Part shown: piece by piece, positions 9,600 through 17,622 of the stretch
Layout: every line of letters begins with the position of its first letter
How positions within the stretch are numbered: position 1 is the first letter of the stretch
Source: Geobacter sulfurreducens PCA
Lineage (GTDB): Bacteria; Desulfobacterota; Desulfuromonadia; Geobacterales; Geobacteraceae
Reading direction: 5' to 3'
Assembly: GCF_000007985.2 (NCBI RefSeq)
Contig: NC_002939.5
Span: 690,001-722,000 of the forward strand
Length of the DNA: 32,000 nt
Made by a program: the position numbers and the translations under genes
Notes under the pieces: model-generated
Seen by the model: the letters and a program-made list of their open reading frames with translations, nothing else
Databases searched by the model: none
What the model was told of the DNA's origin: nothing

Positions 9600-10181
9600 A
9601 TGGCAACAAAACTGATCGTCGGGCTGGGGAATCCCGGCCCGAAATACCTATGGACCCGCCACAACGCGGGTTTCATGGTTTTAGACCGTCTTGCCCACGC
9701 CATCGGTGCGTCGGTTACCAGGAAGAGCTTTTCCGGTGTCTTCGGTGAGGGGGCTTGGCACGGCGAACGGCTTCTCCTTCTCAAGCCCCAGACCTACATG
9801 AATCTTTCCGGGCGCTCGGTGGCCGAGGCGCTCCGTTTTCACAAGCTTCCGCTTTGCGACACCATCGTGATTCATGACGACCTCGACATTCCCTTCGGCC
9901 GTGTCAAGGTCAAGGAGGGGGGCGGTCACGGCGGGCACAATGGTCTCCGCTCCCTTGTTCAGGAGCTTGGCGGAGCAGGCTTTGTCCGGGTGAGAGTCGG
10001 GATCGGCAGGCCGGTCCATGGTGACGTGGTGAATTACGTTCTGACCAATTTCAGTCAGGACGAAATGGCGGATCTTGCCCACCTGCTCGACGGAACCCTC
10101 GACCTCCTGGAGTCACTCCTGACAGCCGGACTCCCCAAGACCATGAGTCTGTATAACAACAAGGATCTTCTTGCCCCCTGA
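9600..10181 (+). CDS. pth: Peptidyl-tRNA hydrolase
   Basis: Family motifs are [33 protein letters not shown] and [11 protein letters not shown]. Confidence 0.95.
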   Translation: MATKLIVGLGNPGPKYLWTRHNAGFMVLDRLAHAIGASVTRKSFSGVFGEGAWHGERLLLLKPQTYMNLSGRSVAEALRFHKLPLCDTIVIHDDLDIPFGRVKVKEGGGHGGHNGLRSLVQELGGAGFVRVRVGIGRPVHGDVVNYVLTNFSQDEMADLAHLLDGTLDLLESLLTAGLPKTMSLYNNKDLLAP

Positions 10182-10222
10182 CAACGAGGGGGGGCGGATA
10201 TCTTCCTGAAGGAAGGATGCAC

Positions 10223-11317
10223 ATGGGTTTCAACTGCGGCATCGTGGGACTCCCCAACGTGGGAAAGTCGACCATCTTCAATGCTCTTACCTCGGCGGGG
10301 GCCGAGTCGGCCAACTATCCCTTCTGCACCATCGATCCCAACGTCGGCATCGTGCAGGTTCCGGATGTACGTCTTGACCGGCTGGCGGAGATCGTCAGCC
10401 CCGAGCGCATCCTGCCGACCACCATCGAGTTTGTCGATATAGCCGGCCTGGTAAAGGGGGCCAGCCAGGGGGAGGGGCTCGGCAACCAGTTTCTCGGCCA
10501 TATCCGCTCCGTAGATGCCATTGTCCACGTGGTGCGCTGCTTTGAGGACGAGAACGTGGTGCACGTGAGCGGCAGCGTCGATCCCTTGCGGGATATCGAC
10601 ATCATTCAGACCGAGCTGGCACTTGCCGATCTGGACAGCGTCGACAAAAAGCTGCAGCGCGTCGAAAAGCAGGCGAAAAGCGGTGACAAGCGGCTCAAGG
10701 AGGAAAGCGAATTCTACGCTCGCCTCAAGGCGGCCCTGGAGCAGGGAATCCCTGCGCGCCACGTCCAGGTGGCCGACGAAGAGCTCCCCTGGCTGCGGGA
10801 CCTCCATCTGCTGACCGACAAGCCGGTGCTCTATGTGGCCAATGTGGCCGAGGACGACCTTGACGGAGCTCACCCGGCGGTGGCCAAGGTGCGAGAGCTG
10901 GCCGAGCGGGAGGGGGCGCGGGTGGTCACCATCTGCGGTCGGATCGAGGCTGAGATCGCCGAGCTGGATGGGGATGAAAAACGGGTGTTCCTCGAGGAGA
11001 TGGGGCTTGCCGAGTCGGGACTCGACCGCCTGATCCGCATGGGCTACGAACTGCTCGGGCTCATCACCTATTTCACTGCCGGCAAAAAAGAAGTCCGGGC
11101 CTGGACGATTCCGACCGGCACCAAGGCGCCCCAGGCGGCAGGCGTTATCCACACCGATTTTGAAAAAGGGTTCATTCGGGCAGAAGTCATTGCCTACGCC
11201 GACTACATCGCGGCGGGCGGCGAGACCGGGGCTAAGGAAAAAGGGCTCATGCGGCTCGAAGGGAAGGAATACGTGGTTCAGGATGGTGATGTCATGCATT
11301 TCCGGTTCAACGTCTGA
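10223..11317 (+). CDS. ychF: Redox-regulated ribosome-binding ATPase YchF
   Basis: [23 protein letters not shown] contains the P-loop. A C-terminal TGS-like domain is present (GFIRAEVI...[11 protein letters not shown]). I chose the second ATG (10223) because the first overlaps the GGAAGGA SD. Confidence 0.94.
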   Translation: MGFNCGIVGLPNVGKSTIFNALTSAGAESANYPFCTIDPNVGIVQVPDVRLDRLAEIVSPERILPTTIEFVDIAGLVKGASQGEGLGNQFLGHIRSVDAIVHVVRCFEDENVVHVSGSVDPLRDIDIIQTELALADLDSVDKKLQRVEKQAKSGDKRLKEESEFYARLKAALEQGIPARHVQVADEELPWLRDLHLLTDKPVLYVANVAEDDLDGAHPAVAKVRELAEREGARVVTICGRIEAEIAELDGDEKRVFLEEMGLAESGLDRLIRMGYELLGLITYFTAGKKEVRAWTIPTGTKAPQAAGVIHTDFEKGFIRAEVIAYADYIAAGGETGAKEKGLMRLEGKEYVVQDGDVMHFRFNV

Positions 11318-11350
11318 GCGGGGCGCACCTACGGTCATGCGGGATATTCT

Positions 11351-11371
11351 CCTTGAACTTCAAGGCGTTTT
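11351..11371 (+). terminator. Weak terminator-like hairpin after ychF
   Basis: CCTTGA-ACT-TCAAGG followed by CGTTTT. The stem is short and AT-rich, so this is tentative. Confidence 0.3.
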
Positions 11372-11462
11372 GTAGTACATAATTACTTTTCCACTGCAGC
11401 TTGGGCTGCAACTCCTTGCTCCGGCTGAAGCCGGGGCTACCAAACCGTGAGGAGGAAGTAGA

Positions 11463-11816
11463 ATGGTCAGGATGTATGAAACAATCGTGATCGTCCAGCC
11501 GGAACTCGGCGACGACGAGCTCAAGGGGCTCACTGCCAAGGTGACGGACATCATCGGTTCCTTCAAGGGGGTTCTTCACCGCCTTGAGGACTGGGGTGTC
11601 AGAAAGCTTGCCTATCCGGTGAAAAAGAGCGTGCGGGGGCGGTATTACTACGTCCGCTTCGACGGCGACGCGCCTCTTATCGCCGAACTGGAGCGGCGCC
11701 TGCGTCTTGATGACAAGGTGCTGCGCTATCAGAGCGTGAAGCTTGAAAAAGAGGCTGCCGCTCCCGCCCCGAAGGCTGCGCCCGTCGAAAGCGCTCCTGC
11801 AGTCGAAGCCGAATAA
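11463..11816 (+). CDS. rpsF: 30S ribosomal protein S6
   Basis: Family-typical segments are MRMYETIVIVQPEL and WGVRKLAYPVKK...GRYYYVRF. A C-terminal Ala/Pro/Glu tail ends in VEAE. An SD GAGGAGG is present. Confidence 0.95.
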   Translation: MVRMYETIVIVQPELGDDELKGLTAKVTDIIGSFKGVLHRLEDWGVRKLAYPVKKSVRGRYYYVRFDGDAPLIAELERRLRLDDKVLRYQSVKLEKEAAAPAPKAAPVESAPAVEAE

Positions 11817-11836
11817 GCATACGGAGGATCACATAG

Positions 11837-12148
11837 ATGAGCGAAGAAAGAACCGAAAGACCCGAGAGAACCGAACGGCCCGAAAGACCCCAGCAGCGGG
11901 GCAGTGGCCCGAGAAAGAGAAGACCGTTCCAGCGCAGGAAAGTATGCCGCTTCTGTGCTGACAAGACCCTGGTGATCGACTATAAGGACCCCCGCGTTCT
12001 CCGTTCGTTCATTACCGAGCGCGGCAAGATCGTTCCCCGCCGTATCTCCGGTAACTGCTCCGCCCATCAGCGGGAGATCACCGAGGCGATCAAGCGGGCC
12101 AGAAACATTGCCCTGATTCCGATCGCGTCGACCCACGTCATCGCCTAA
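11837..12148 (+). CDS. rpsR: 30S ribosomal protein S18, with a charged repeat extension at the N-terminus
   Basis: The core [59 protein letters not shown] is canonical S18. It is preceded by [35 protein letters not shown]. Confidence 0.95.
   Translation: MSEERTERPERTERPERPQQRGSGPRKRRPFQRRKVCRFCADKTLVIDYKDPRVLRSFITERGKIVPRRISGNCSAHQREITEAIKRARNIALIPIASTHVIA
11846..11890 (+). repeat. In-frame tandem 18-nt repeat (2.5 copies) encoding [15 protein letters not shown] inside rpsR
   Basis: The copies are GAAAGAACCGAAAGACCC, GAGAGAACCGAACGGCCC and GAAAGACCC. Confidence 0.85.
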
Positions 12149-12160
12149 GCGTCACGGGAG

Positions 12161-13105
12161 ATGGAGAACAGTCTCAGGAGCACCCTGCTCGATATCGTCA
12201 AAGGGTGCATCGCAACGGTGGCGCTCTTCATCGCCTACCTGGAACTTCCGGTTATCGGCATGCTTGCGGGGGTGGTAGTACCGCTCCCCGCCCTGCTCTA
12301 TGATCTCAAGCGGGGCAAATGGTCCGGGCTGGCTATTGTGCTGGCCTCAGCGCTCATATTCATGCTGATTGCCGGCCCCGCAGGAGCCCTCCTGTACGTG
12401 TTGCAGGCGGGCATTTTCTCCCTGGCATTGCCGCGGTTCCTCACAATGGGCGGGGGCCCTGCACGGGCTCTCGCATCAGCCGTGGCCGTGACGGTGGCAG
12501 TCATTACCGCCGCAGCGGTCGGCTATGGGGTAACCCGTGGCGTCACCGTCGAGGGGCAAGTCGCCGAGTCGCTGCAATCCAGCATAACCCAGGCGATTCA
12601 ACTTTATGAAAAGAGTGGGGTAAGCGGTGCCGATCTCGACGAACTGCGCGAGGGTATGGAGCAGGCAGCCAAATCGCTTGCTCAGCTCTATCCGTCACTC
12701 TTTGTCGTGGGGATTGCCATGGCCGGCGGGCTGAACCTGCTTCTGCTCCAGCGGTTCGGACGCCGGTTGGGCCTTGCGGTTCCCGGGGGCTCCTTCGGGA
12801 AATACCGGAACCCCGATCATCTGGTCTGGCTGCCGATTTGCGCGGGATTTGCCCTGCTGGCCGGCCACGACGCAGTGACGACTATTGCCCTGAACGTACT
12901 GGTCCTGACCGGGTTTCTCTATTTCATTCAAGGCATGGCGATCATCATTCATCTGTTCGACCGTTATGCCGCACCGGCATTTCTGAGGTATCTGTTGTAT
13001 TTCCTGCTCTTTGTGCAGGCCTATCTGGTCGTAGCGGTGGCGTTGTTCGGACTGTTGGATCTCTGGGGCAACTTCCGCAGACCGCGAATCCCAACAAACC
13101 TGTAA
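12161..13105 (+). CDS. Polytopic membrane protein, DUF2232/YybS-like
   Basis: 314 aa with many hydrophobic helices. It sits between rpsR and rplI, as yybS does in Firmicutes. The family assignment comes from position and topology, not from a computed alignment. Confidence 0.7.
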   Translation: MENSLRSTLLDIVKGCIATVALFIAYLELPVIGMLAGVVVPLPALLYDLKRGKWSGLAIVLASALIFMLIAGPAGALLYVLQAGIFSLALPRFLTMGGGPARALASAVAVTVAVITAAAVGYGVTRGVTVEGQVAESLQSSITQAIQLYEKSGVSGADLDELREGMEQAAKSLAQLYPSLFVVGIAMAGGLNLLLLQRFGRRLGLAVPGGSFGKYRNPDHLVWLPICAGFALLAGHDAVTTIALNVLVLTGFLYFIQGMAIIIHLFDRYAAPAFLRYLLYFLLFVQAYLVVAVALFGLLDLWGNFRRPRIPTNL

Positions 13106-13125
13106 AACAGGCTAGGAGGAAAGAC

Positions 13126-13572
13126 ATGAAAGTCATTCTGAAGGAAAACGTAGAAAATCTCGGCCACATTGGCGATATTGTCAAGGTTGCACCCGGCTAT
13201 GCCCGCAACTATCTGATCCCCCGCAATTTCGCCATCGAAGCAACCGAAAAGAACGCCAAAGCCCTTGAGCACGCCAAGCGTCAGCTGGAGTACAAGCGCA
13301 ACAAGGTCCTTGAGCAGGCCCGGCTGCTTGTCGCCAAGATCGAAGGGCTGAGCCTGAGCATTTCGCACCAGGCAGGGGAAGAAGGCAAGCTCTTCGGTTC
13401 GGTCACCAACATGGAGCTCGCTGAGTTGCTCAAGGCCCAGGGCGTCGAAATCGACCGGAAGAAGATCGTGCTCGCCGAGCCGATCAAGCATGTGGGCGAG
13501 TTTACCGCCGTGGTAAAGGTTCACCCGGAGGTTGCCGCCAACCTGAAAGTCGTGGTGACCAAGGCGGAATAA
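13126..13572 (+). CDS. rplI: 50S ribosomal protein L9
   Basis: The track ORF 12838-13572 is over-extended. MKVILKENVENLGHIGDIVKVAPGYARNYLIP is the canonical L9 N-terminus. An SD AGGAGGA lies 6 nt upstream of ATG 13126. Confidence 0.95.
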   Translation: MKVILKENVENLGHIGDIVKVAPGYARNYLIPRNFAIEATEKNAKALEHAKRQLEYKRNKVLEQARLLVAKIEGLSLSISHQAGEEGKLFGSVTNMELAELLKAQGVEIDRKKIVLAEPIKHVGEFTAVVKVHPEVAANLKVVVTKAE

Positions 13573-13598
13573 CAAAACGCCTGATAACCAGTAGACGA

Positions 13599-13628
13599 AA
13601 CGGCCTCCTTGTGGAGGCCGTTTTTTTT
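13599..13628 (+). terminator. Rho-independent terminator of the rpsF-rplI operon
   Basis: Stem AACGGCCTCC / GGAGGCCGTT with loop TTGT, followed by a run of T through 13628. Confidence 0.88.
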
Positions 13629-13734
13629 GTGTTCTCAGGCGCGCAGCAACCATCTGGTTGCCGTGCCGGGAGGGGGGGCGATGCGGGGCGGCGGCACGAG
13701 GAGCGTGCGGGGCCGGCGTATCCCCCGATCAAAC

Positions 13735-13782
13735 GCAAAGAGGGCCTGCATCCGAACAGGGTGCAGGCCCTCTTTGCGTTTT
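13735..13782. terminator. Long perfect hairpin between convergent rplI and the cytochrome gene (bidirectional terminator candidate)
   Basis: 16-bp stem GCAAAGAGGGCCTGCA / TGCAGGCCCTCTTTGC. It is followed by GTTTT on the plus strand and GTTTGAT on the minus strand. It lies 20 nt after the cytochrome stop. Confidence 0.7.
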
Positions 13783-13796
13783 ACTTCGGACGAAGT

Positions 13797-14651
13797 TTAC
13801 TTCTTCTTCTTGTCTTTCGCCGGCGCGGCCTTGGCAGGTTCACCCTTTTGGGCAGACCAGTGGTTCAGGTCGTGGGCAATGCTGTGGCAGTCGCCGCAGG
13901 TGCCGAATTTTGCCATCATCGGAGCGGGGTGCGGAGTGCCGTGGCAGCTCTGGCAGGTCGGAACCATCTTGTGCTTCTCCTGGTGGCAGTACACGCAGGC
14001 GAGCGACTTGTGCTTGGCGGTGCTGGCGCTCAGGAGGTCGACGGCTTTCTTGTGGCAGGCGCCGCAATCCTTGTTAGGCACTTCTTTGCCGTAGACAACG
14101 TTCTTGGGCATGTGAGCCTTGTGGCACTTCTTGCAGTCTGCCTGGGTCTGCTCGGCATAGTGCGGCTTGTGGCACTGGGTGCAAGCCGGGATTTTGCCGT
14201 GGACGTTGTGGCAGGTGGAGCAGTAGAGGTTGGTGTGCTTGCTCTTGAATTCCTTGAGCTGCGAGATCTGCTGCGAGTGGCAGGTCAGGCAGGGGTCGGT
14301 GATATTGCCCGACAGAACGATGTTGAGCGGAGTGTGGGGATTCGTGTGGCATCCCATACAGTTTGCCAGCTCATAGTGCTTTTTGCCGCTGTGGCACTGG
14401 CTGCACTGGGGAATGTTGTTCTTTGACTGGGGACGGTGGCCGGCATGGCAGTCGAAACAGGTGATCTTCTTGTGGCCTGCACCGGCGCTGGCCACGTCTG
14501 CCGGGGGCTGGATGTGACACTTGACGCAATCGTCCTGCACCAGTTTGGCGGCGGGCTGAGCGGCCTGGGAGTCGAGCGTTCCCAGGCAGAGCGTTGCGGC
14601 CAGGGTCAGGGCCGACACGGCAACGAGCCTGATACGTCGTACAGCGTTCAT
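13797..14651 (-). CDS. Secreted dodecaheme c-type cytochrome (12 CXXCH motifs)
   Basis: The 12 motifs are CVKCH, CFDCH, CSQCH, CMGCH, CLTCH, CSTCH, CTQCH, CKKCH, CGACH, CVYCH, CQSCH and CGDCH, within about 260 mature residues. The signal peptide is MNAVRRIRLVAVSALTLAATLCLGTLDSQA. I trimmed the start to ATG 14651, which follows an AGGAGG SD. The C-terminal tail is Lys-rich (PAKDKKKK). Confidence 0.93.
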   Translation of the reverse strand: MNAVRRIRLVAVSALTLAATLCLGTLDSQAAQPAAKLVQDDCVKCHIQPPADVASAGAGHKKITCFDCHAGHRPQSKNNIPQCSQCHSGKKHYELANCMGCHTNPHTPLNIVLSGNITDPCLTCHSQQISQLKEFKSKHTNLYCSTCHNVHGKIPACTQCHKPHYAEQTQADCKKCHKAHMPKNVVYGKEVPNKDCGACHKKAVDLLSASTAKHKSLACVYCHQEKHKMVPTCQSCHGTPHPAPMMAKFGTCGDCHSIAHDLNHWSAQKGEPAKAAPAKDKKKK

Positions 14652-14759
14652 CGTTCCTCCTTTGTGCGTTTGGCACGAATAGTATGTGCTCCGCTTCCGG
14701 ACGGAAGAGAGCGTGAGTCGCGGGAATATCCCGGAGCAAACCAAGAGAAAAGCGGGGAG

Positions 14760-14788
14760 ATTATGCCATTTCTGGGGGGTTCAGTCAA
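14760..14788 (-). promoter_or_regulatory. Strong sigma-70-type promoter candidate for the cytochrome gene
   Basis: The minus strand reads TTGACT (14788-14783), N17, CATAAT (14765-14760), with a TGg extended -10 element. This predicts a 5' UTR of about 100 nt. Confidence 0.55.
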
Positions 14789-14914
14789 TTAGAAAAAAGT
14801 AATTCTGCGGGGGCTGAACTCATTGAAATTGCAAAGGAATAACGCTAAATGGTCTTTGTGGTCACATGCTCGATGTTCTTTGATTGAAAAAGGGTTACGG
14901 GCCAGGAGCCCGGC

Positions 14915-15805
14915 TCAGTCGGGACGACTGGCGATTTCTCTCAGGAGATCGTGCCACACCAAGGGAGCCCCAGTCGGCAGGTACTGAATGAAGGCAGGAG
15001 GAAGCGGTGCATGGACAATCAGTTTTCGACCGGTAACGGGATGGATGAGGGCGACCCGAAAGGCGTGAAGGAGATGGCCCGGGTATCCCGTCAACAGGGT
15101 GCCCCGGTAGCGGCGGTCACCTCGCACCGGATGGCCGATGGCGGAAAGATGCTTGCGGATCTGGTGCATTCGTCCGCTGATGGGAATGACGAGGGCGAAG
15201 GAAACGGCCGTATCCCGGGCCAGGGTGCGGAAGTCAGTGTGTGCGTCTTTCCCGTCCAGGGGGGTGTCGATCGTGCCCGCGTCGGGCAGGCTGCCGTCGG
15301 TCACTGCCAGGTAGAGTTTGTCGAGGCCCTCTTCCTTGACATAGCGTCCCAGCATGCCGGCGCTGGATGAGCTCTTCGCCAGGATTGTCGCTCCAGACGT
15401 GCCGCGGTCCAGGCGGTTGACCGGACGCAGTTTCACCGCGGTGCCGCGTCCGGCCATGAAGTGTTCGGCCAGTTCGACCAGGTTTGCCTCGCCGGCCTCG
15501 GCTGTGCGATGGACGGGCAGGCCGGCGGGTTTGTTGACGATAACGCAGTAGTCGTCTTCCCACAGGATGTCGAGTTGGGGCTTGGCGGCGGCAAGGAGCT
15601 GGCGGGTGCGGTCGCTTTCCTTGATGGTTGCCGTGTTTCCGGCGGCGAGGAGGGTGTCGGGTGCGACGGCTCCGCCATTGATCTTCAGGTGCCCGGCCGA
15701 TATGAGTTTCCGGATGTAGGCGGAGGGGGCTGCAGGCAAGAGGTTGCGCAGAAAACTTTCGGCGCTACGGCAATGATCGATGTCCGTGATCTGGTAGGTG
15801 AGCAT
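14915..15805 (-). CDS. RluA-family pseudouridine synthase with N-terminal S4-like domain
   Basis: The catalytic segment is PVNRLDRGTSGATILAK. Other family segments are ISGRMHQIRKHLSAIGHPVRGDRRY and LLHAFRV. The track ORF extends to 15961 and overlaps the upstream gene, so I trimmed it to MLTYQITD. No clear SD is present, so the start is uncertain. Confidence 0.85.
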   Translation of the reverse strand: MLTYQITDIDHCRSAESFLRNLLPAAPSAYIRKLISAGHLKINGGAVAPDTLLAAGNTATIKESDRTRQLLAAAKPQLDILWEDDYCVIVNKPAGLPVHRTAEAGEANLVELAEHFMAGRGTAVKLRPVNRLDRGTSGATILAKSSSSAGMLGRYVKEEGLDKLYLAVTDGSLPDAGTIDTPLDGKDAHTDFRTLARDTAVSFALVIPISGRMHQIRKHLSAIGHPVRGDRRYRGTLLTGYPGHLLHAFRVALIHPVTGRKLIVHAPLPPAFIQYLPTGAPLVWHDLLREIASRPD

Positions 15806-15890
15806 GGGGCGAGTATACTGGGCCGCGTGCGGGCATGCAAGGTAAACGACAGCGGGGGGCGGTTTCCCGTCCCCCGGTTCGATGAGAGGC

Positions 15891-16601
15891 TCAGCCGCTT
15901 TTCCTGGCAACAAGATAATCGGCAATGGTCCGGGCGATGAGGTCCGAGGAGTTCCGGTCATTGTTGATGGCCAGGTGGTAGAGGCTCAGATCGCTGATGT
16001 CGCGGTCGAGGAAGTCGCGGATGAAGCGGTCGCGTTCTTTCTGTTTCCGCTCCACCAGGTGCTCCGCCTCCTGGAGCGGCAGTTTCGCCCTGCGGGCGAT
16101 GGAGCGGACCTTGTATTCGTGGGAGGCATAGATGCGGAAGTGGAAGCAATTCGCCATACTCTGGGTGATCACGGTGCTTCCCCGTCCGATGAGAATGACG
16201 TTGCCTGCGTCAGCCAGAGAGGCGATCTGGTCGCAGAGGATGCGGAAGTAATCCCGTTCGCTTTTCCAGTGAGGCGTGAGCGTGGCGATCATGTCGTCGA
16301 GGAAGCGGGGCCGGTGGCCGAGGGAGCTGAAGACCTCCGTTGAAACATCAAGTCGCTTCGCCGCCTCCTCCAGCAGCCCTTTGTCCATAATTACCCATGG
16401 CTCTCCCGACTGCCGGTCCAGTATTTCCTTTAGCCGCTCGGCCATGGGAAAGGCTTCGCAGCCGAACTCCCGGGAAATGGTTACCGTCGGCCGGATTTTC
16501 CCTTTTTTTCTCCCCTCCGACTCGTCCTTCATGCGGCGTGTGACTTCAAGCATTCCGGCGATTCTCTGTTCGATGGACGGCACAAGTAGTTTTTCCGGCA
16601 T
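15891..16601 (-). CDS. Cytidylate kinase-like family protein (AAA/NMP-kinase-like, function unknown)
   Basis: Segments VTISREFGCEAFPMAERL, VILIGRGSTVI, FHFRIYASHEYKVRSIARR and ERKQKERDRFIRDF match my memory of the cytidylate_kin2-type family. I trimmed the start to MPEKLL, which follows an AGGAGGAGG SD. Confidence 0.7.
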   Translation of the reverse strand: MPEKLLVPSIEQRIAGMLEVTRRMKDESEGRKKGKIRPTVTISREFGCEAFPMAERLKEILDRQSGEPWVIMDKGLLEEAAKRLDVSTEVFSSLGHRPRFLDDMIATLTPHWKSERDYFRILCDQIASLADAGNVILIGRGSTVITQSMANCFHFRIYASHEYKVRSIARRAKLPLQEAEHLVERKQKERDRFIRDFLDRDISDLSLYHLAINNDRNSSDLIARTIADYLVARKSG

Positions 16602-16811
16602 GGCCTCCTCCTTTCGGGCGCCGATTCGGTGACGCCGCTCCAACAATCACAGCCCTCTGGTAATAATTGTGCCCTTGCCCGGAACGGAGTCAAGGGGTTG
16701 AGTCGACGTCTTATTGTGGGATACTTGAATGCCGTGGGCGGGCAAGAACGATCCGGCCCGCTGGATGCCGGTCGAAGAGGGGACACGTTGATGTTTTGCG
16801 GAGGAGGGGGA

Positions 16812-17555
16812 ATGAGGATCTATGCCGTTCTTGCCGCGGCAGTCGTAGTGCTGTGGGGGAACTCGACGGTCGGGGCAGCGCCGAAGGTTCCCGAAAAGCT
16901 CGTGTACGAGTTGTCGTGGACCGGCGTTCCGGTCGGTACGGCCACCCAGGAGATTTCGGATGCGGGCGATCTCCGCACGATCGTTTCAACTGCCCGGTCC
17001 AACGACTGGCTATCGGTCTTTTTTCCCGTGGAGGACCGAATCGTGAGCAGCTACGACCGGCATCGGGCGCCCTTCCCGGGTCTGGCCCGCCACTACCGGC
17101 TCCAGACCCGGGAAGGAAACCGGCGGCGGGACCGGGAGATCGTGTTCGAACATGAGCGTGGAGTGGCCCGGTTTACCGATCACAAAACCGGGGAAAAGGC
17201 GAATATCCCTATTCCGGTCGATACCATCGATGTGTACGGCAGTTTTTACTACGTGCGCTACCTCCCCCTGGAGGTGGGAACGTCCCACCACCTGAACATC
17301 CTGGACAGCAAGCGCCAGCGGCTCATCGAGGTGCGGGTTCTGCGCAAGGAAAAGCTCAAAACAGTGCTGGGTGAAGTGGAGACCATCGTCATCCAGCCGC
17401 TGGTCTATTCGGAGGGGGTGTTCGAGGGAAAGGGGACGGTGCATATCTGGCTCACCGATGATGAGCAGCGCATTCCGGTGCGGGCGCGAACCAGGGTCAC
17501 GGTGGGGAGCGTGACAGCAACGCTGGTGGACGGGACCTTCGAGAAAAAGCGGTAG
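16812..17555 (+). CDS. Secreted DUF3108-like protein
   Basis: I trimmed the start to MRIYAVLAAAVVVLWGNSTVGAAP (signal peptide), which follows GGAGGAGGGGG. The segment KLVYELSWTGVPVGTAT...VHIWLTDDEQRIPVRARTRVTVGSVTATLV has the DUF3108 beta-rich pattern. The family call is from memory. Confidence 0.7.
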   Translation: MRIYAVLAAAVVVLWGNSTVGAAPKVPEKLVYELSWTGVPVGTATQEISDAGDLRTIVSTARSNDWLSVFFPVEDRIVSSYDRHRAPFPGLARHYRLQTREGNRRRDREIVFEHERGVARFTDHKTGEKANIPIPVDTIDVYGSFYYVRYLPLEVGTSHHLNILDSKRQRLIEVRVLRKEKLKTVLGEVETIVIQPLVYSEGVFEGKGTVHIWLTDDEQRIPVRARTRVTVGSVTATLVDGTFEKKR

Positions 17556-17564
17556 CAGGATAGA

Positions 17565-17598
17565 CAAACGGCGCGGAGAGTATTCTCCGCGCCGTTTG
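17565..17598. terminator. Bidirectional terminator hairpin between the convergent DUF3108 gene and hcp
   Basis: 15-bp perfect stem CAAACGGCGCGGAGA / TCTCCGCGCCGTTTG with loop GTAT. Confidence 0.7.
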
Positions 17599-17622
17599 CG
17601 TGCCCGTTGCCGGATCAGGTGG

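Noticed and set aside
10055-11338. 427-aa minus-strand ORF antisense to ychF. Similar shadows are 4544-5950 and 3308-4432 opposite clpB, 7934-9028 opposite prs, 13611-14426 opposite the cytochrome, and 23010-23987 and 24744-25748 opposite the DUF748 gene.
   Set aside because: In each case the opposite-strand gene is strongly supported by conserved motifs. The shadow ORFs have low-complexity Arg/Gly/Pro/Asp-rich composition, lack SDs and often span gene boundaries.
14671-14680. TGGCACGAAT, identical to a second copy at 26818-26827; this looked like a sigma-54 -24 element
   Set aside because: Neither copy has the obligatory GC of the -12 element (TTGC) at the correct 10-nt spacing. The sequences at that position are GTAT and TTTT. 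The first copy also points away from any gene, being antisense within the cytochrome leader.
14652-14760. Expected a GEMM-I c-di-GMP/cGAMP riboswitch in the cytochrome leader, as on other Geobacter cytochrome genes
   Set aside because: The conserved GEMM-I core elements (GGCAAAC tetraloop-receptor region and GGGACGCAAAGC segment) are absent. Only generic small hairpins are present.
16658-16673. TGGTAATAATTGTGC upstream of the DUF3108 gene as a sigma-54 promoter
   Set aside because: The GG-N10-GC spacing is right, but the -24 (TGGTAA) and -12 (GTGC) elements are both degenerate and it lies about 150 nt from the start. It is too weak to call without a TSS or an EBP site.
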